Counted from the stretch's first letter, positions 13,827 through 29,345 are shown. The stretch: 64,000 bases of DNA from Octopus vulgaris (GCA_951406725.2 OX597821.1:53320001-53384000); one strand, 5' to 3'. The notes: generated from the sequence alone by a model not told the origin. Numbers and translations are program-made.

Positions 13827-14400
13827 AGGCGGCGAGCTGGCTGAAACGTTAGCACGCCGGGCAAAATGCTTAGCGTATTTCGTCTGTCTTTATGTTCTGA
13901 GTTCAAATTCCGCTGAGGTTGATTTTACCTTTCATCCTTTCGGGGTCAATAAATTTTGAGGGTGGCGAGCTGGCAGAAACGTTAGCACGCCGGGCGAAAT
14001 GCGTAGCCGTATTTCGTCTGCCGTTACGTTCAGAATTCAAATTCCGTCGAGGTCGACTTTGCCTTTCATCCTTTCGGGGTTGATAAATTAAGTACCAGTT
14101 ACGCACTGGGGTCGATGTAATCGACTTAATCCGTTTTCTGTCCTTGTTTGTCCTCTCTGTGTTTAGCCCCTTGCGGGTAGTAAAGAAATAGGTATTTCGC
14201 CTCTCTTTACTATCAGAAACGTTACTACGCCTGGCGAAATGCTTAGCGGTATTTCGTTCTGAGGTCAAATTCCGCAAAGGTCGACTTCCCCTTTCATCCT
14301 TTCGAGGTCGCTAAATTAAGTACCAGTTGCGTACTGGGGTCGATCTAATCGACAGGCCCCCTCCCTAAAAATGTCGGTCCTTGTACCTACAGTAGAAAAA
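13827..14400 (+). mobile_element. Head-to-tail cluster of tRNA-derived SINE units (Meta-domain-like core)
   Basis: Repeated head ggcgagctggcagaaacgttagcacg, B-box-like gagttcaaattcc, and core gcctttcatcctttcggggtcgataaattaagtaccag. Confidence 0.85.
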
Positions 14401-14548
14401 GATATATATAACAACTATTTCAGGTAGCAACATACCCTAAGACTTAAAAATATGTTTTGCTTGTTTAATCCTGATTATCTTGAATTCTGTTATAGGAAAA
14501 TCAACTGTAGAGAAATCCCCAAACCACACATGTGCGCGCATGCACACA

Positions 14549-14654
14549 CACACATACGTACGTACGTATGTATGTATGTATGTATGTATGTATGTATGTA
14601 TGTATGTATGTATGTATGTATGTATGTATGTATGTATGTATGTATGTATGTATG

Positions 14655-14692
<38 letters not shown>
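14549..14692. repeat. (TATG)n(TA)n microsatellite
   Basis: Read directly from the sequence. Confidence 0.95.
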
Positions 14693-14695
<3 letters not shown>

Positions 14696-15739
14696 TTGAG
14701 GAAATATCCAAATTTCGTGGTTGGTAATGTGATATCCTATACCAGACCATCTTTATTTACTGCCACTTACTATCAATGAGTTATTAAACACTCTCCTGGA
14801 ATGCAATTGTATACTTGGCCTATTTTTTATTTATGTTACTTTTATTTTATACTTCAATTGGCTAACTGCATTGCCCTGTGCCGTTCATTAATTATCTGCA
14901 GTTCTGAAGGTCATAGGTCTAATGGGTTGGATCCTTTTTTTTATCGTTACATAGCACTACTTCCGCCACATGTCAATATTTGAAACCTTCACCGAAATAT
15001 AACGTGGAAAGATATAAAAATCAGTTTTAAACATTCCACCTTTGAACTCTGAATTATGATATGAAATGTAAGATCTTTTCTACCTTGACGACGGAGGCTC
15101 GCTTTAGCTAATATTGATTGCTTCCATCACGTTCGGATATCATCATGAACTACATAGACCAACATGATGGAGATCCGAGCCACCAGAAACATTTGTTTGA
15201 CTTATCGGAAACCTTTCTGCCTTTCTAATTTACCCTGCCGTTTGTACTCCGTGTAAGTTGGATTTATTAATATAAATATTCATATATCTTTTCTTAAATA
15301 TACCTTGTGGAATTCTCCACTCATTGCTTTCTCTCGTTTAGTACCTTTTACTATTTTTTATCGTTTACTTGTTTCAGTCATTAGACTGCGGTCATACTGT
15401 AGCACCACCTTCTATACATATAAACATATTTTGTATTTCATACCCAAACTGTTATTTTTGATATATCAAATTTGTTCATCCGCATTACTGCCTCCATATC
15501 TGCTCAACGTGATCACACTTATAGTCATTCTTTACCGCGTGAGTGAGGTAAGAGGTAATCTATTAGCTTTATGAATTTACATGCTATGCTAGTGGGTAAG
15601 CTTGTATTATAAGGGGGTGGGGTTTCACCATAACTTTTCCCTCCTTTCTTATGTCTACTCGGCCTATCCGCATTTGTTTCAATATGATTTATGTTACACT
15701 TATACTATTTTTATCTCTTTGTTAAGCACATGTGAGATG

Positions 15740-16430
15740 TAATGTTCAACCAGGTTGGCTACCTGTTCACCATCATACTCCCATAGCGACATCAAATAGC
15801 TCATCGCTATTTTTTATCAGCCAAAAAGAATTATCATGAGAAAGTAACGAATTTCTAGCATTCACTATTATGCCTATGCCAGTATTAGTGACGGTTACAT
15901 ATGCTTTATTAAACTCAACTACCTTTGGAGCAGTTCTTTGGAGACCGATGGGTAAAACTCCACGATTTCGAACAGGATGATTATGTGCTTGGGTACAATT
16001 TATATCTTCAATTTTCTTGACTCATTCAATGGTTTCACTATTACATGTCCATTCAGTAAGATTTGAGAAGTATCTGATGGATGATGCTGTGTAATACAGA
16101 TTTGCTCATATCTGTTTGGTGTATCGGAGGATTAACCAATCGACAGCTATGGTTCTTCTTAAAATTGTCTTTGTGGGTTTTCAGGGTTCCAAAGGTTTTC
16201 GAGGGGTAAGTAATTTTGCTCAATCTTTGTTTTCAAGTTTTATAGGTAGATATTTACTCTGCCTCAACTATGATTATGTTACAAAATGTGGGGTTAATTT
16301 TTTGATACGTTTGGTAGTTTGTTATGTGGTTATATTCCCGATAAATCAGAATTTTCATATCAGTCGTCTTCTATTATCTATAATTTTAAATATTTATCCC
16401 CAAATCTCTTATACTACCGTGTAACCTCCA
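15740..16430 (-). pseudogene. Decayed reverse transcriptase of a second, divergent PLE lineage
   Basis: Minus-strand pieces GTLKTHKDNFKKNHSCRLVNPS, ILFEIVEFYPSVSKELL and ARNSLLSHDNSFWLIKNSDELFDVAMG..DGEQVANLV, broken by stops and frameshifts. Confidence 0.6.
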
Positions 16431-16519
16431 AGGATGGAGAGGTGTACCAAATTCTCACGCTGAGAAATTTTCTCTCGGCTTGAAACGAATGGTAGCCTTG
16501 TCACCTCACAAATATATAC

Positions 16520-16552
<33 letters not shown>

Positions 16553-17626
16553 CATAATACATAATGTGCAATATTATGAGACGTTATGTTTTACTAATGA
16601 CGACAGTCGTCGGGAGGTTATGCTGGTTCTCGACTGCTGCCATCTTATAATTGAAAGCAATTAATACTATGGATGAGCACATGGAACTAATGACAAACTA
16701 AACTATGGTAATCTTTGAATTATGGTCGGTAAACGATATTTCAAGATTCAGCTGAGATTTCTTTGCGAGAACTTTGTCCACTGAAGTAATATGGAATAAA
16801 ACGACTTGCTAAAGAATTCAACAAAACTCATGGATTAGGGCTGGAATAATTTCCCACTAATCAGAAAGTCAACATTTTTGTATACGTTGATTCACAGCGC
16901 TTATAATTTTATGTTGCGATATACCATGATTATCAAATGAAACCTAGTGTAATTATACCGAGTGTAATAAAACATTTCTCAACACCTACAGAAATCATAT
17001 TCCCTATTTACTTTTGTTCCAAAATTGCATGAATGATTAGTTAAAATATTTGCGAAGAAAATAGCTGAAGTACAAGAATATCCTGTTGAAGTTTTCCAAC
17101 AGAAAATTACCGGAAGTTACACAGACCAGATTCGATTAAAACGTCTGCTTGAATATATTTTCTTAAAACTAACAATATATCATCGTATTTGATTTTGAGT
17201 GTAAGCTGTCTACTTCATAACACTCCGTGTACAGTATACAAATTAAATTAGGTTATCATTTTTCTCTTTCAATTTGTTTCTAAGCGACATAATTTAATAA
17301 AGGAATTCAAATGTTCATCAAATTTTCAATGACGTGAGCATGAAATAATACTTTTTCACAATTAATTATATTATTTAAAGACGGTAACTATCATAAACTC
17401 ACAATGCTGTTCTCAGTCATATATGAAGCTGATAATCAAAATCATATATAGTAACAATGGTTTGGTTGTTATTCATGGCAGACAGACACATTTGGAACTT
17501 TCACTTTAAATCCTGTGAGATAAAGAGATTACAGATTCATATTGCACTGAAGATAAATGATTAATATGTGGACTATGTAAACACGCATACACTCACATAG
17601 TACTTATACAACCCACCCCCATATAT

Positions 17627-17821
17627 ATGCAGCCACTTGTGAATCGTTGGCGATATTCTTTCTCCGTCTTACTTTTCTTTTGGACTTTCCTCTGTTTCCG
17701 AAGAAGAGCTTTGCTCGAAACGTTAAACCACCTTGCTTTCCTTCCCCGAGCGTTTGCTAATGCTTTACATGTACCACGTCCTCATGATGTTTTTTGTGTT
17801 TGTTCTTCCTGTTTTGGGATT

Positions 17822-17825
<4 letters not shown>
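17627..17825 (+). mobile_element. Short PLE pseudo-LTR-like relic with hammerhead-like motif (17694-17728)
   Basis: gttt-CCGAAGA-a-gagc(ttt)gctc-GAAA-cg-TT-aaac, running into a (TA)n tract. Confidence 0.65.
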
Positions 17826-17862
<37 letters not shown>

Positions 17863-17982
17863 TATATACGTGTATGTATGTGCATATATATATATATATA
17901 TATATATGCATATATACGTGTATGTGCATATATATATATATATATATACATATATATGCATATATACGTGTATGTGCATATA

Positions 17983-18041
<59 letters not shown>

Positions 18042-18086
18042 GTATATATATGTGTATGTATGTACATATATATACATACATATATT
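17825..18086. repeat. Compound (TA)n microsatellite
   Basis: Read directly from the sequence. Confidence 0.95.
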
Positions 18087-18779
18087 TAGACACACGCATA
18101 TTAGTTTGAATTAGGCTTTGTAGCAGTAGTAGTAAACTATGACGATCATCATTGTGTTGTTTTTCACAACAAATAGCAATTAATACCAAATTAATGCGAC
18201 CAAAGCACGTGTCGGACGATTATTATGAAAACACCAGCGATAAAAAGTTTGAATGTTCAAATTCATCGTTCTCCATATTAAGGCAAGGTTGAGATTCCTT
18301 CTGTCCTACATATAGCCTTCCACCAAATACCTTCTACAACATGGATTTGCCGACAAATCTCTATCAGCTTCACATAGTCGTCTGAATTGAACCTAAAATC
18401 CTGTTTAAAACTGTAAGGCGGCTTGACGTCACCGTCACTGGAGGCTCACACTCAAAGACGATCACAGTTTGAGGGACTTGGTCTCCATGTTACCTGGGAC
18501 ATTACATGAGTTATAGGCAAGTGTACACAGCATTGGGAAGCATTCACGATACCAGCATTCTAATACCTGGCGCAGATCATCCAGATATAGCGAACTCACT
18601 TCCATTTTAAGGAGGCTGCCAATCCAGCTAACCTTTTCTCAATTACAACATTAATCTTTATTTCCTCAAAGGCTGTTAACTGTGTCGGGGGAAACAAAAA
18701 AAATCGTGAAATTCAACCCGAACACCCTGCATGTATACATATCATAGTATCAGCCAAACCCTCAGATGCTATTAGATAC

Positions 18780-19870
18780 CATTGATTAAAATGCGCTTCC
18801 AGTTTCGTCGTGATTGCGCCATTCTTTTTCCCTCTTGTCCCAAATTATTTGACTAAATCAGTATCTCGAGTAGAATTTGCTCTCTCTGCATTGATATCGT
18901 TCACTCCAGCACGTTCTCCAATTATATCAGTCGAAGATGCTCTTTAAATATTCCTAGAATGTACCTTTCCATTTTCCCTTTGCGTCGTAGCCAATCAAAG
19001 TTCTATCTTCTTGCTAGCCTGCGTCTCAGTTGCGTATCAGAGCGCAGGTCGGACCGTGCTATCGAAGAGTCTGCAATGCATGACTTTGCATAACTTTGTT
19101 TTGGTCACATCCTTTATTGACTTAAATGCCTTCCATTCCGTCCTGCCCTCATTCTCTCTGAGATTTCAACATTCATAACTCGGTGCATATTCACTGTGTA
19201 ACCTAAGTAGTCATATTCCTTAACCTCCTCGATTTTATCGCTTCCCAATTTGTTCGGTCTTATGCTACTTCTTTAGACCGCTTATATTTTGTTTTATGTG
19301 ATACATTTTAAGACTTACTGAGTACTCGGCTATGCAACATGGTCTCTAGCTACTTTGTGGTTTCAGCGATGAGCACAATGCCATCTGCAAATCATATGGG
19401 TAGTGGATGTACTTGGTGACCATTTCTAACCACGCGGTAAGAAGCTTTGAAGAGATAGCATCGCATTGCCCCACACTCTTCTCGATCGGGACTCTTAGTA
19501 GTAGTGAGTGCTGAGCTATATCTGTTGTGCATGCAGAGTTCAAATCTCTCAGCAGTTTGATGTACTGCGGCTCGACATCTTTCATTTCCAGAGATTTCAA
19601 CACTGCGTTCATGTCTATAGTGTCGTAGACCTTTTCGTAATCAACAAAAGTGATACAAGGAGGACGTTTGTATTCGTTCGCTCGTTCTATAAGCCATGCT
19701 GTTGTGAGTAGGTGATCACCTATGAATGAATAGGTGATCTATCGTACTATAATTCGTACGTAAACCTGTTTGCTCTTTCAGCTGTTGATTGTTAATTTGC
19801 TTTGCTAGTCTTGTGACTATGACCTTTGTAAACAGCTTATAGAAGTGATAAAAGAGGCATATAGCGTGAT
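18780..19870 (-). mobile_element. Decayed RTE-clade LINE, RT region
   Basis: Minus-strand LIERANEYKRPPCITFVDYEKVYD and RVPIEKSVGQCDAISSKLLTAWLE (a decayed GVRQGD.ISPKLF motif). Confidence 0.8.
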
Positions 19871-20109
19871 ACTTTTATGGCACATCTCGCTTCCACACAC
19901 ACAGACACGAGCCGTATACCCTAACCTCTAAGCCACGCACCTTCATACACTCACACACACACACACACAAACATACACACGCACATACATACACACACAC
20001 AAATATATATCTTAATTCTATGCAAATCTTGCGGGTACCGCCGATATACGAAGTTCCTAGTCTTATCGTTAAAGGCACCAAACTGTATATTAGTATTTCT
20101 GCTCGATAA

Positions 20110-20431
20110 AGACTCCGCCGGTTACGACGACGAGGGTCCCAGCTGATACGATCAACGGAACAGCTTGCTCGTGAAATTAACGTGCAAATGGCTGAGCATT
20201 CCACAGACACGTGTACCCTTAACGTAGTTCTCGGGGATAATCAGCGTGACACAGAGAGTGACAAGGCTGACCCTTTGAAATACAAGTACAACTCATTTTT
20301 GCCAGCTGAGTGGACTGGAGCAACGTGAAATAAAGTGTCTTGCTCAAGGACACAACGCGTCGCCGGGAATCGAACTCACAACCTTACGATCATGAGCCGA
20401 ATGCCCTAACCACTAAGCCACGCGCCCTCAC
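20110..20431 (-). mobile_element. Full-length tRNA-derived SINE with 15-bp target-site duplication
   Basis: Minus-strand A box TGGCTTAGTGG and B box GTTCGATTC; atttctgctcgataa is duplicated at 20095-20109 and 20432-20446. Confidence 0.9.
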
Positions 20432-21227
20432 ATTTCTGCTCGATAACTGAGCAAGGATTAGAACACTTCTGTGTCTTTCCTACGTGTACGTTTTTCAGTA
20501 TTTAACGTTCTTTTCATTTATGGAGTAACTGAAAGCAACGCATCCCGATTTTTGTTAACAGTAACATTGTATATATATTTTTGCGACTATCTTTCTTTCC
20601 TTCTCTAATTTCCTAATATTCCTTTTCTAGCACCCCCACTTCCTCTCTCCTTCTCTCTCTCATCTTCTCAAACTTAATTGTACGTTTTCTACCTTCCTTC
20701 CCCTGTTCTCTCTCAATGTGTCTCTCTGTCGCTCCCTCTCTCTCATCCTCCTTTCCTTCTATCTGCAATTCATACGTGACCCGTGACTGATTTTCTATCA
20801 TCTGCTTTTTCGCCACGGGACGCCAAGCTTACTGGTGAACTTTTTCTCCCATCTTACTAATTCTTTCTTTTATCCATTTGAGAATTCCTTCCAGGCATTA
20901 TCAACTATCTTCGTGTTTAGCCGAAAGGCTCTATATAATGTCCTCGTCTACCGTTACAAATTACATTTGTTTACTTTCGTACGTCCACTGTGTACTTTGT
21001 TTGCTCGAGGCCTAATTCTGCGCATATCTTGCTAGGGCCGTCGATATACGAAATTCCCAGTATTATTGTTGAAGGTACGAATCTAGGTATTAGTATTTTT
21101 GGTCGATTACTGAGGAATGATTAGAGCCCTCCTCTGTCTTTCCTACGTGTACGTTTTGTCGCATTTAATGTATTTTTCATTTATGGAGTAACTGAACTCC
21201 ACGCATCCCGTCTTTCGTTGGGCATAC

Positions 21228-21850
<623 letters not shown>

Positions 21851-23248
21851 AAAAGGTACAGCTGCAAATTAATATATTCTAGTTTTGTCTATGTATGAAT
21901 TGCTTGGTGTGTTGTTGCCAATTTATTGCTGACATGAAAACTGGTATTGCTTTGTCATTAGCACTAGAATTTTAATTTCTTTCTTATTCAGATTTACTTC
22001 ACACCCCTCAGGGAGAGGGTGGTGCTTGAGCTTATTATGCACTTGCTAAACTGCAAGTATTTCGTTCTCCATCAATCTCTTATTTCTACTTGGAATCCTA
22101 TATGTATGTGTGCATATACATTCATAGATGTGGTTTATGCTACTTCATTTGTTCTTATGTAGCTATGTCTTCTGTTGTGTGATGCATTGCATTTAAATTG
22201 GTCCATGCACCAGGTTCATTCTGAAGCACCTAAGAAATGTACCTGTGTTACTGACTGTTAGAGTACAACTTTACAAGTTTAAAATATACAATCAATTATA
22301 TACACTGAATTTCAGTGTATATTAGTATATATAAGCAAATATATAATCCTATTCTTCAGAAACATTCTTCATTACACCCTTAGCAGTGTCTGCATAATAA
22401 AGAACATTTGCCTGAGGATCCCTAAAGCCTGCTATCTCGAAAATACCGACAATATTAGTTTATCAATTTTAGTAAATTGTCTCTACACACGGGTGGTAAG
22501 TTATATAATTTTGTAGTCACGTAGCTCACGGCAACTATATCTCACCGTTATAGAACATACACTATGTATAGATAATTTGCTAAGTGTACTAACTAACATT
22601 CTTGGTTAGAGAAAAAAATTTATGTTGAGTTTATCAAATAGTTATACCCAAACAGATGTATGCTTGAATCAAAGAACAAGTTTTCCAAATGCTTGTAACA
22701 TATTGAAGTTCATAGATAATTCATATTGCATATTATAAGGACAAGAAATACTCAGGAAAAGTTATACGAAATTAAAATTCTGGGAACACATTCCAACAGA
22801 ATCGTTGTACAAAATGCCACAAGTCATTTTGTTCTGGTCCATAACATTCAGCTCGAATCTTATCAAGGTCAATTTGTCTCTCACATTTCGGTGTCTATAA
22901 AGTTAAACAGCACACCAAGAGAGTGGTAGTGAGCTGGCTGTACTGTCAGATGTTTGACAAAATTCGTTTATTAATAAATATATCGACAAGATATGAAATC
23001 AGGATAAACTGCAAATTTACAAAAAAGTACTTTCAAATCCATCCAACCTGCGACATTTAGAGAACTTGAAAATGTCATAGTACATATCAAAGCTAGGATT
23101 ATGAAGTGAATGCTACTGAATAACCCAATCTCTCTCACCTTCGTCTTCAAAGCACAACCGTGACAGAGAAATGTTAAAGATTCGACAATACCAATGTAGA
23201 CATAAATAGGTACTATATTATCTTTAGAAACAGACATCAAAAGACCCT

Positions 23249-23363
23249 GCATTTTGTACATATAGGATTCTACATTACAGACACACACACATGCAAACGT
23301 ATACGCATTTTGTACATATAAGATTCTACATTACAGACACACACACATGCAAACGTATACGCA
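23249..23363. repeat. 56-bp tandem duplication (2 copies)
   Basis: gcattttgtacatata(g/a)gattctacattacagacacacacacatgcaaacgtatac at 23249 and 23305. Confidence 0.9.
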
Positions 23364-24009
23364 TACATAATATAAGTATATCTGCGTGTTTGTGTACGTG
23401 TATGTGTGACAGTGTAAAAACCATACCTAATACATATTAAAATATTTCTGTATACGAGTTTTTGCTGCTGACAAAATATCCAACATCCGTTGAGGTTTGG
23501 TAACATGTATTGTAGCTTTACTTAGATGCATACATGTTTTCCTTCTGCTCTTCCCACCGCTAGTGTGTTAGATCCGCCCCGAGCAGAATGTTCAAGTATT
23601 TTTTCCACGCATTCTAGCTTGTGGAATCTATATTACCTCAATGTTTCTCTTGAGGCATCGAACCACAGTTTTTTACGCATTAAATCCAATATTCTTAGAG
23701 ATTATTAAAATATCAACACTATTGATGCTCTTTCTTATTCAGATATATTATATCATATCCATTTTTATGTTCTTTTGTAATGTTTAAATACAAAATATTT
23801 CGGCAATGTATTTTAAATTTCAAAATGATAAAAAGATAAAAAGATAAAAGATAAAAGATATTGTGACTGATGTTAAAACTGAAATAAATAAATGTGCAAT
23901 AGAGCCAAATCTCCCGAGAGAAGGAGAAAGCACATCAACCTTAGGTCATAATCTGCTGACTCAATACAGATGCATTCGAGAATACAACATCCGATACCAA
24001 AATGTTAAT

Positions 24010-24160
24010 AATGGTTTCAAATTTTGGCGTAAGGCCGATGATTTTAGCGGAAGAGGGCTCGTTGATACATCGACACTAGTGGTCGACTGGTACTTCTTGG
24101 TACGACCCCGAAAGGATGAAAAGCAAAGTAGACATCGGCGGTATTTAAACTCAAAATAAA
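24010..24160 (-). mobile_element. SINE fragment of the 13827 family
   Basis: actggtacttc...cgaccccgaaaggatgaaaagcaaagtagac is the reverse complement of the core. Confidence 0.7.
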
Positions 24161-27100
24161 CAAAATAAACTGAATGACCACAGTCAATTTGCTATTAAAC
24201 AGTTGAACTGGGGCTAAATACAATAAAGAGAACGTCTAAATGTTAGAAACAGAAATTATATCTTCCTTAATATGCAAACAACATTACATCATTACTAAAG
24301 CTGATATAAACAGATAATCATTGTTGAAATAAGTGGAATAATAATTATATCCTGCCAGAAATTATCTGTTCTCAAACAAAATTACATTCACGTGAATGGG
24401 ATATACAACTAGTTACAAACTTCAGTGTTGAGCAAATAATGATTCGAATTTCACAATAACGGTCAATTTAAAAGTGTACTTAATTTTATGATTTCTTAAA
24501 TTTCTCTTTAACGTACAGTGATATTTTCCATTTATTTTTCATCTTATATTATTTAATGCTTTAAACATAATATAAATTGAAGTTCACTTTAAATATGTTT
24601 TTCATTGATTTCTTTCATGATGTCTTGCATTATAAATCACAGGATTCAAGATGAATACATAACCGCAATTTGACGTTATTTTCAAGTCAATTTACGATGT
24701 ATTATACACATTTATATATATATATATATTGTATTTTATTTCCTATTGGCCTTTTATTATTCCATATATTCTCTTTTTTATACATATCATAAAATGGTTG
24801 CAATACTATCAGACAAGTATTCCAGAAATATAAAATAGAATTCTGTACAATTCATAAATCTCATTTGTCATGCTATATATTGTGAAAGAAAAATTCTCGT
24901 ATGTTTGAAATATTTTAAACTTTTAGTTACTAAAAACTTCTACATTTTAACACTTCCTACTGATTTTTTTCTGAAAAGTTAGGATTTTTGTATTTTGTTT
25001 CTAGTGTTTTAGATCTAGTGTTTTTGCTGGGACATTTAAACATTATGCTTTTTACATATTTTACATAAAACATTCGAAAATATACATTTTTTGCAGATTT
25101 ATTTTATAATTATGATCTTCCAATCTTTCAATATTTTGAATAAAACTGCGAAGGAATTTTCAAATGAAAGTTTGATATTATATTAGATAGCTTCCTGAAG
25201 TTTGAAGTTAAAATATTCAGGCTTAAATTTAAATATGCATGTAATTAGCATTACTCTGTTTATTAATGTTTTCAAATGTTGATGCAAGGCCAGCAATTTC
25301 GGAGAAGAGAGTAAGTTGATTACATCAACCTTAGTTCTCAGCTGCAATTATCTACCGACCTCGAAAGCATAAAACGCAGTCAGCATCGGATAAAATTGAA
25401 CACAAATCACAAAGACGGACGAAAAACAACTAAGTATTCCAGTCAAAAAAAAGAAAAACAACTAAGTATTTTTTCAGTCGTGCTATCATCTCAACGCCTG
25501 ATGTGTTTGATAATATTGACTAGATTTAACTACCCTAAATTCTTGGATTTAAAAGCACAGCAATCAATCATTTTTCCGTTTGATTTGCTAGGCGCTTGCC
25601 GGGTACAGGAGGAAGCTTTAATTTTATCACATAATTTTCGACGATTATAAAAATGTTTATAAACTCAATAATTTTTTCCCACACATTTTACTTCCAGAAA
25701 TGCACAGCTATTTTCCATTTATACATATTATAACTTAGTGTTATTCTAACAGAACTGAAGACTTCCTCTCACTGAGCACAACATTACATTTGCTTCATCA
25801 ACATGTAAACGAAAAAAAAAATCGATTAGAAATCCAGCCGATCATTCTCATATCCCGCTTGCGAATTATAAAATGTGAACAATTAATTCGTAAAATAATC
25901 TTACATAAACAGTGCCTGAAAAAACATTGAGCTATTAGAATGTTTTTTGTATTTATTAATCTTTTGAAAAATTGGATATTGGGAGACAAACCAAGGAGAA
26001 GAATATCCTAGAAGTGGTTCCTTACTTCATATTCTATAAATTATCCACTTAAATTTTAAAATGGACTTTACAGTTACCTTGTGGTGAATATTTTCATTTG
26101 CCGACCAAAAACATCCCATTAATAATAGGCGTTTTAAATTTTCTAACATCAAAATATAAACGAATTAATATAAAAACATTGTGAAGATTATTGTTACAAG
26201 TATTAAAATAAGATTATTACTATTATCATAAGCATTAAAATAAGCCGAATAAATGATATGTAATGACACAGGCCCGAAGCGTAGCATGTCTAGGACTGAA
26301 GGAATGTCAGTCTGGAATTAAGTGATCAGTTAAATGTAAATGCCATATGTGGATGTTACTAAAAGCTAGTCTCTAAATTGATCGTTTGTATGTCTGTTAA
26401 ATTGTTCGTTTCTATGTCACAGTATCGGCAACTTGCCCGGATAGATTTGACATATCATGTCACAAATAAAATGAAATGAAATAGACAGTAATAGAAAAAT
26501 AGAAATATCAAATAAATAAAATGTTGATTATAGAAATGCCTTCTTTTGTTTCGTTGATATTGACAATATTCTAAAACAGCTTAAAACGCTTAAATCCTTA
26601 AAAATGTTTTAGCCCGAAGGCCGCGGCCATGCTGGGACACCACCGCTTATTTATTAAAGATATATAGAAGATAATGAACTAAAAATACAGACTTAGTAAA
26701 TGTAATCCCAAAATGTGTAACGAAATAATAACTTTTTAAATATATAATCAACATTTTTATCAACAATTTTTATATTAGTATTCGCCCATGAAATTTAGAA
26801 ATATACAAGGAAATATTTGCGAATATTAAATCATTTTCATCTGTAACAATATTGCTTCTCAGGAACTTCATACAAAGCAGAATGAAACAATAATATATAA
26901 TATTTACGATTCTTCCCTAAGTGAAAACAGGAAAGTAAAAATGTAAACATGACCAAAGCAGTAACTGCATTTATAATGCGAACAGACTATATTAAATCCT
27001 CTTTTTAAAACTTTGTAGTAAATTGTGCTCACCATTGATTTTCTAAGAACTAATTATAATTTCACAGCTGCATTTTAGTAAAATTCAGTAGAGAGGAGAT

Positions 27101-29345
27101 CTAGAAAGAATCAGGATCGATAATGTTATAGAAAGTATTGTAGAGGTTTTAAAATCACGCCTAGATACATAGGAATTAAAAAAAAAAAGATTTATAATAT
27201 TCTTCTTAATATTAAATTCTAAATCTATACATAAAATAAAACAGAAAACGAAAGAAAAAAACACAATTGCATGCATAACAGTTTGAGTTCCTGAATATGT
27301 CCAATATGGTGAGTTAAAATTTACGTCTGAGTATTAATATTCCAGAAAGTGATATGAAAAATTGAGAGCAATAAAAGTGAATAGAAGAAGGAAAGAAAAC
27401 GATAGAAGGATCGAAACGTGTATATCTAGAACGATAAAAAGAGAACGATATATATGCTCTGCCTAGTCCTGCACACTCACGTGTCTTTACCTTAATCGAA
27501 ACCTTCTTACAGCCTCGTTTCGACTATTGCACTTCAATACTTGATGATCCTACCTGCTCTTACGCACACGCCTGTACAACCACACAAATACACACACATA
27601 CGCAAACCAAACGCATGCGTGCATACCTTACATATATGTTTGTGTGTGTGTTGTGCGTGTATGTATGTATGCATGTATATATGTATGTATGAGCATGAAG
27701 GCGCGTAGGGCAACTACACCTTATCAGATAAGTTATATCCATCTTAGACCCATGAAAAATTATGTAGTGTATGCGTGTGTGTACGTGCGTGTGTCTGCGC
27801 GTGTGTGCGCGTGTATATGTTTGTGTAATTATTTATTTATGACTGTGTGTGCACTGATGTAAATTGACGTTCTATGTTGTATCTCGTTTCACCATCGTAA
27901 GTATGACTTTGTCACTCGAGAAAGAGGAACTGGTAAAACTGTATCAGCCTCAGAAATGGTACTGAAATGCTGAAATCATCGACTAATTTCTTTCGAAAAT
28001 GCCACACCGGCAAGACACAGTATCTGAATCAGGTGAAAAGAAATATAGGCTATAAGTGTATATTTCTATTTGCTCGGGGAATTTTAAACATGAATCTTAG
28101 TTGCCATTCTGACACATGTTCGCTAATGAGATAGTACTATATTTCAAAGTCAAAACATTTCACAATAATTATTCTATCACAATATCTATGTAGTGTAATC
28201 TTGATATCATATATGGCATTAAATTTTCACATATCGTTATATGGGGAATTCCTTTTGTCGGAATGCTATTTCAAATGATTCAGAATGATTTATATATGTC
28301 TATATATATGTAATCTATCAGTTATTGCATGAATAAATCAATTTGCAAAATAAATGTCATTATATTAAAGCGACGGGTAGTATGAAATCTTGAAACATAA
28401 TTCGTTACATATACTATTTAAAGTGCTCTTTCTATACACATAATGCCTTCGTTTGAATCTAAGTATAATTATTTAGTATAATTTAAATGTTAACCGTTTG
28501 TTTATTTTATGTTTGCATTAGTAAATTAAGTTAATTTTTTAATTTTATTTATATTAGACAGCTAATTATGTAAGCTCCAAAATGCATTAGATCTTATATC
28601 TTAAGAATTAGTTGCCAAATATTCTAAATGCCTCAAATTGATCATTTATAATGTGTGAAGTTATTTATCTTGGAAACCAATTCAAAATCTGATTCATGGG
28701 GTACGTTTCATGTGGTAATTTAATTGATGTGAGAAACTTCGTGAAATTTAACAATTGTATAATTGCTTACCTTTCTAGCTTTACGTAGCTGACTAATTAT
28801 CATGTGTAGAGAAAATAATGAAGTTTATTATAACGCAAATGTGTTGTGTATAGTGCCTACTTTAAGAAGTGTATTGTAATAGTGAGGTATAATGATAGCA
28901 GATCACAGGTGAAATTACAGGTACAGTTCTTGTATTTTCAGTAACTGTGTCACTCTTTTCTGTAGCTTTATTCTATTTTATATAGTTTCATGAATGTTGT
29001 AGTTTACATACACACACACACACACACACAAACAAACACGCACGCTCACATATGACAAAACATCTTGCATTTCAAAATTTCAGTCTTTGTCGTACAAATG
29101 TTAATCTAATGTAATTATTCCGATTACGCAACTGACGATAACTTCCATAATATGTAGAAAATATACTTTCAATATACCGTCTTTTATTTAAAAGCAATAT
29201 TTGATTTTTGAATAAACTTCGTATTTGAGGATTCGTTGTATTATTGGTTTTCTATTAAAAGTTAGTGTTATTTATCTCTATTTTTAGGCATCCCCTTCTC
29301 GCATAAATAATATTAACCTGCTTTGTCACGATGCGTCTCTTGGTA

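Noticed and set aside
13827-14400. CRISPR-like array
   Set aside because: These are SINE subunits with no regular repeat-spacer period, in a eukaryotic context.
20340-20431. tRNA gene
   Set aside because: The A and B boxes belong to a SINE head that has a body and a TSD.
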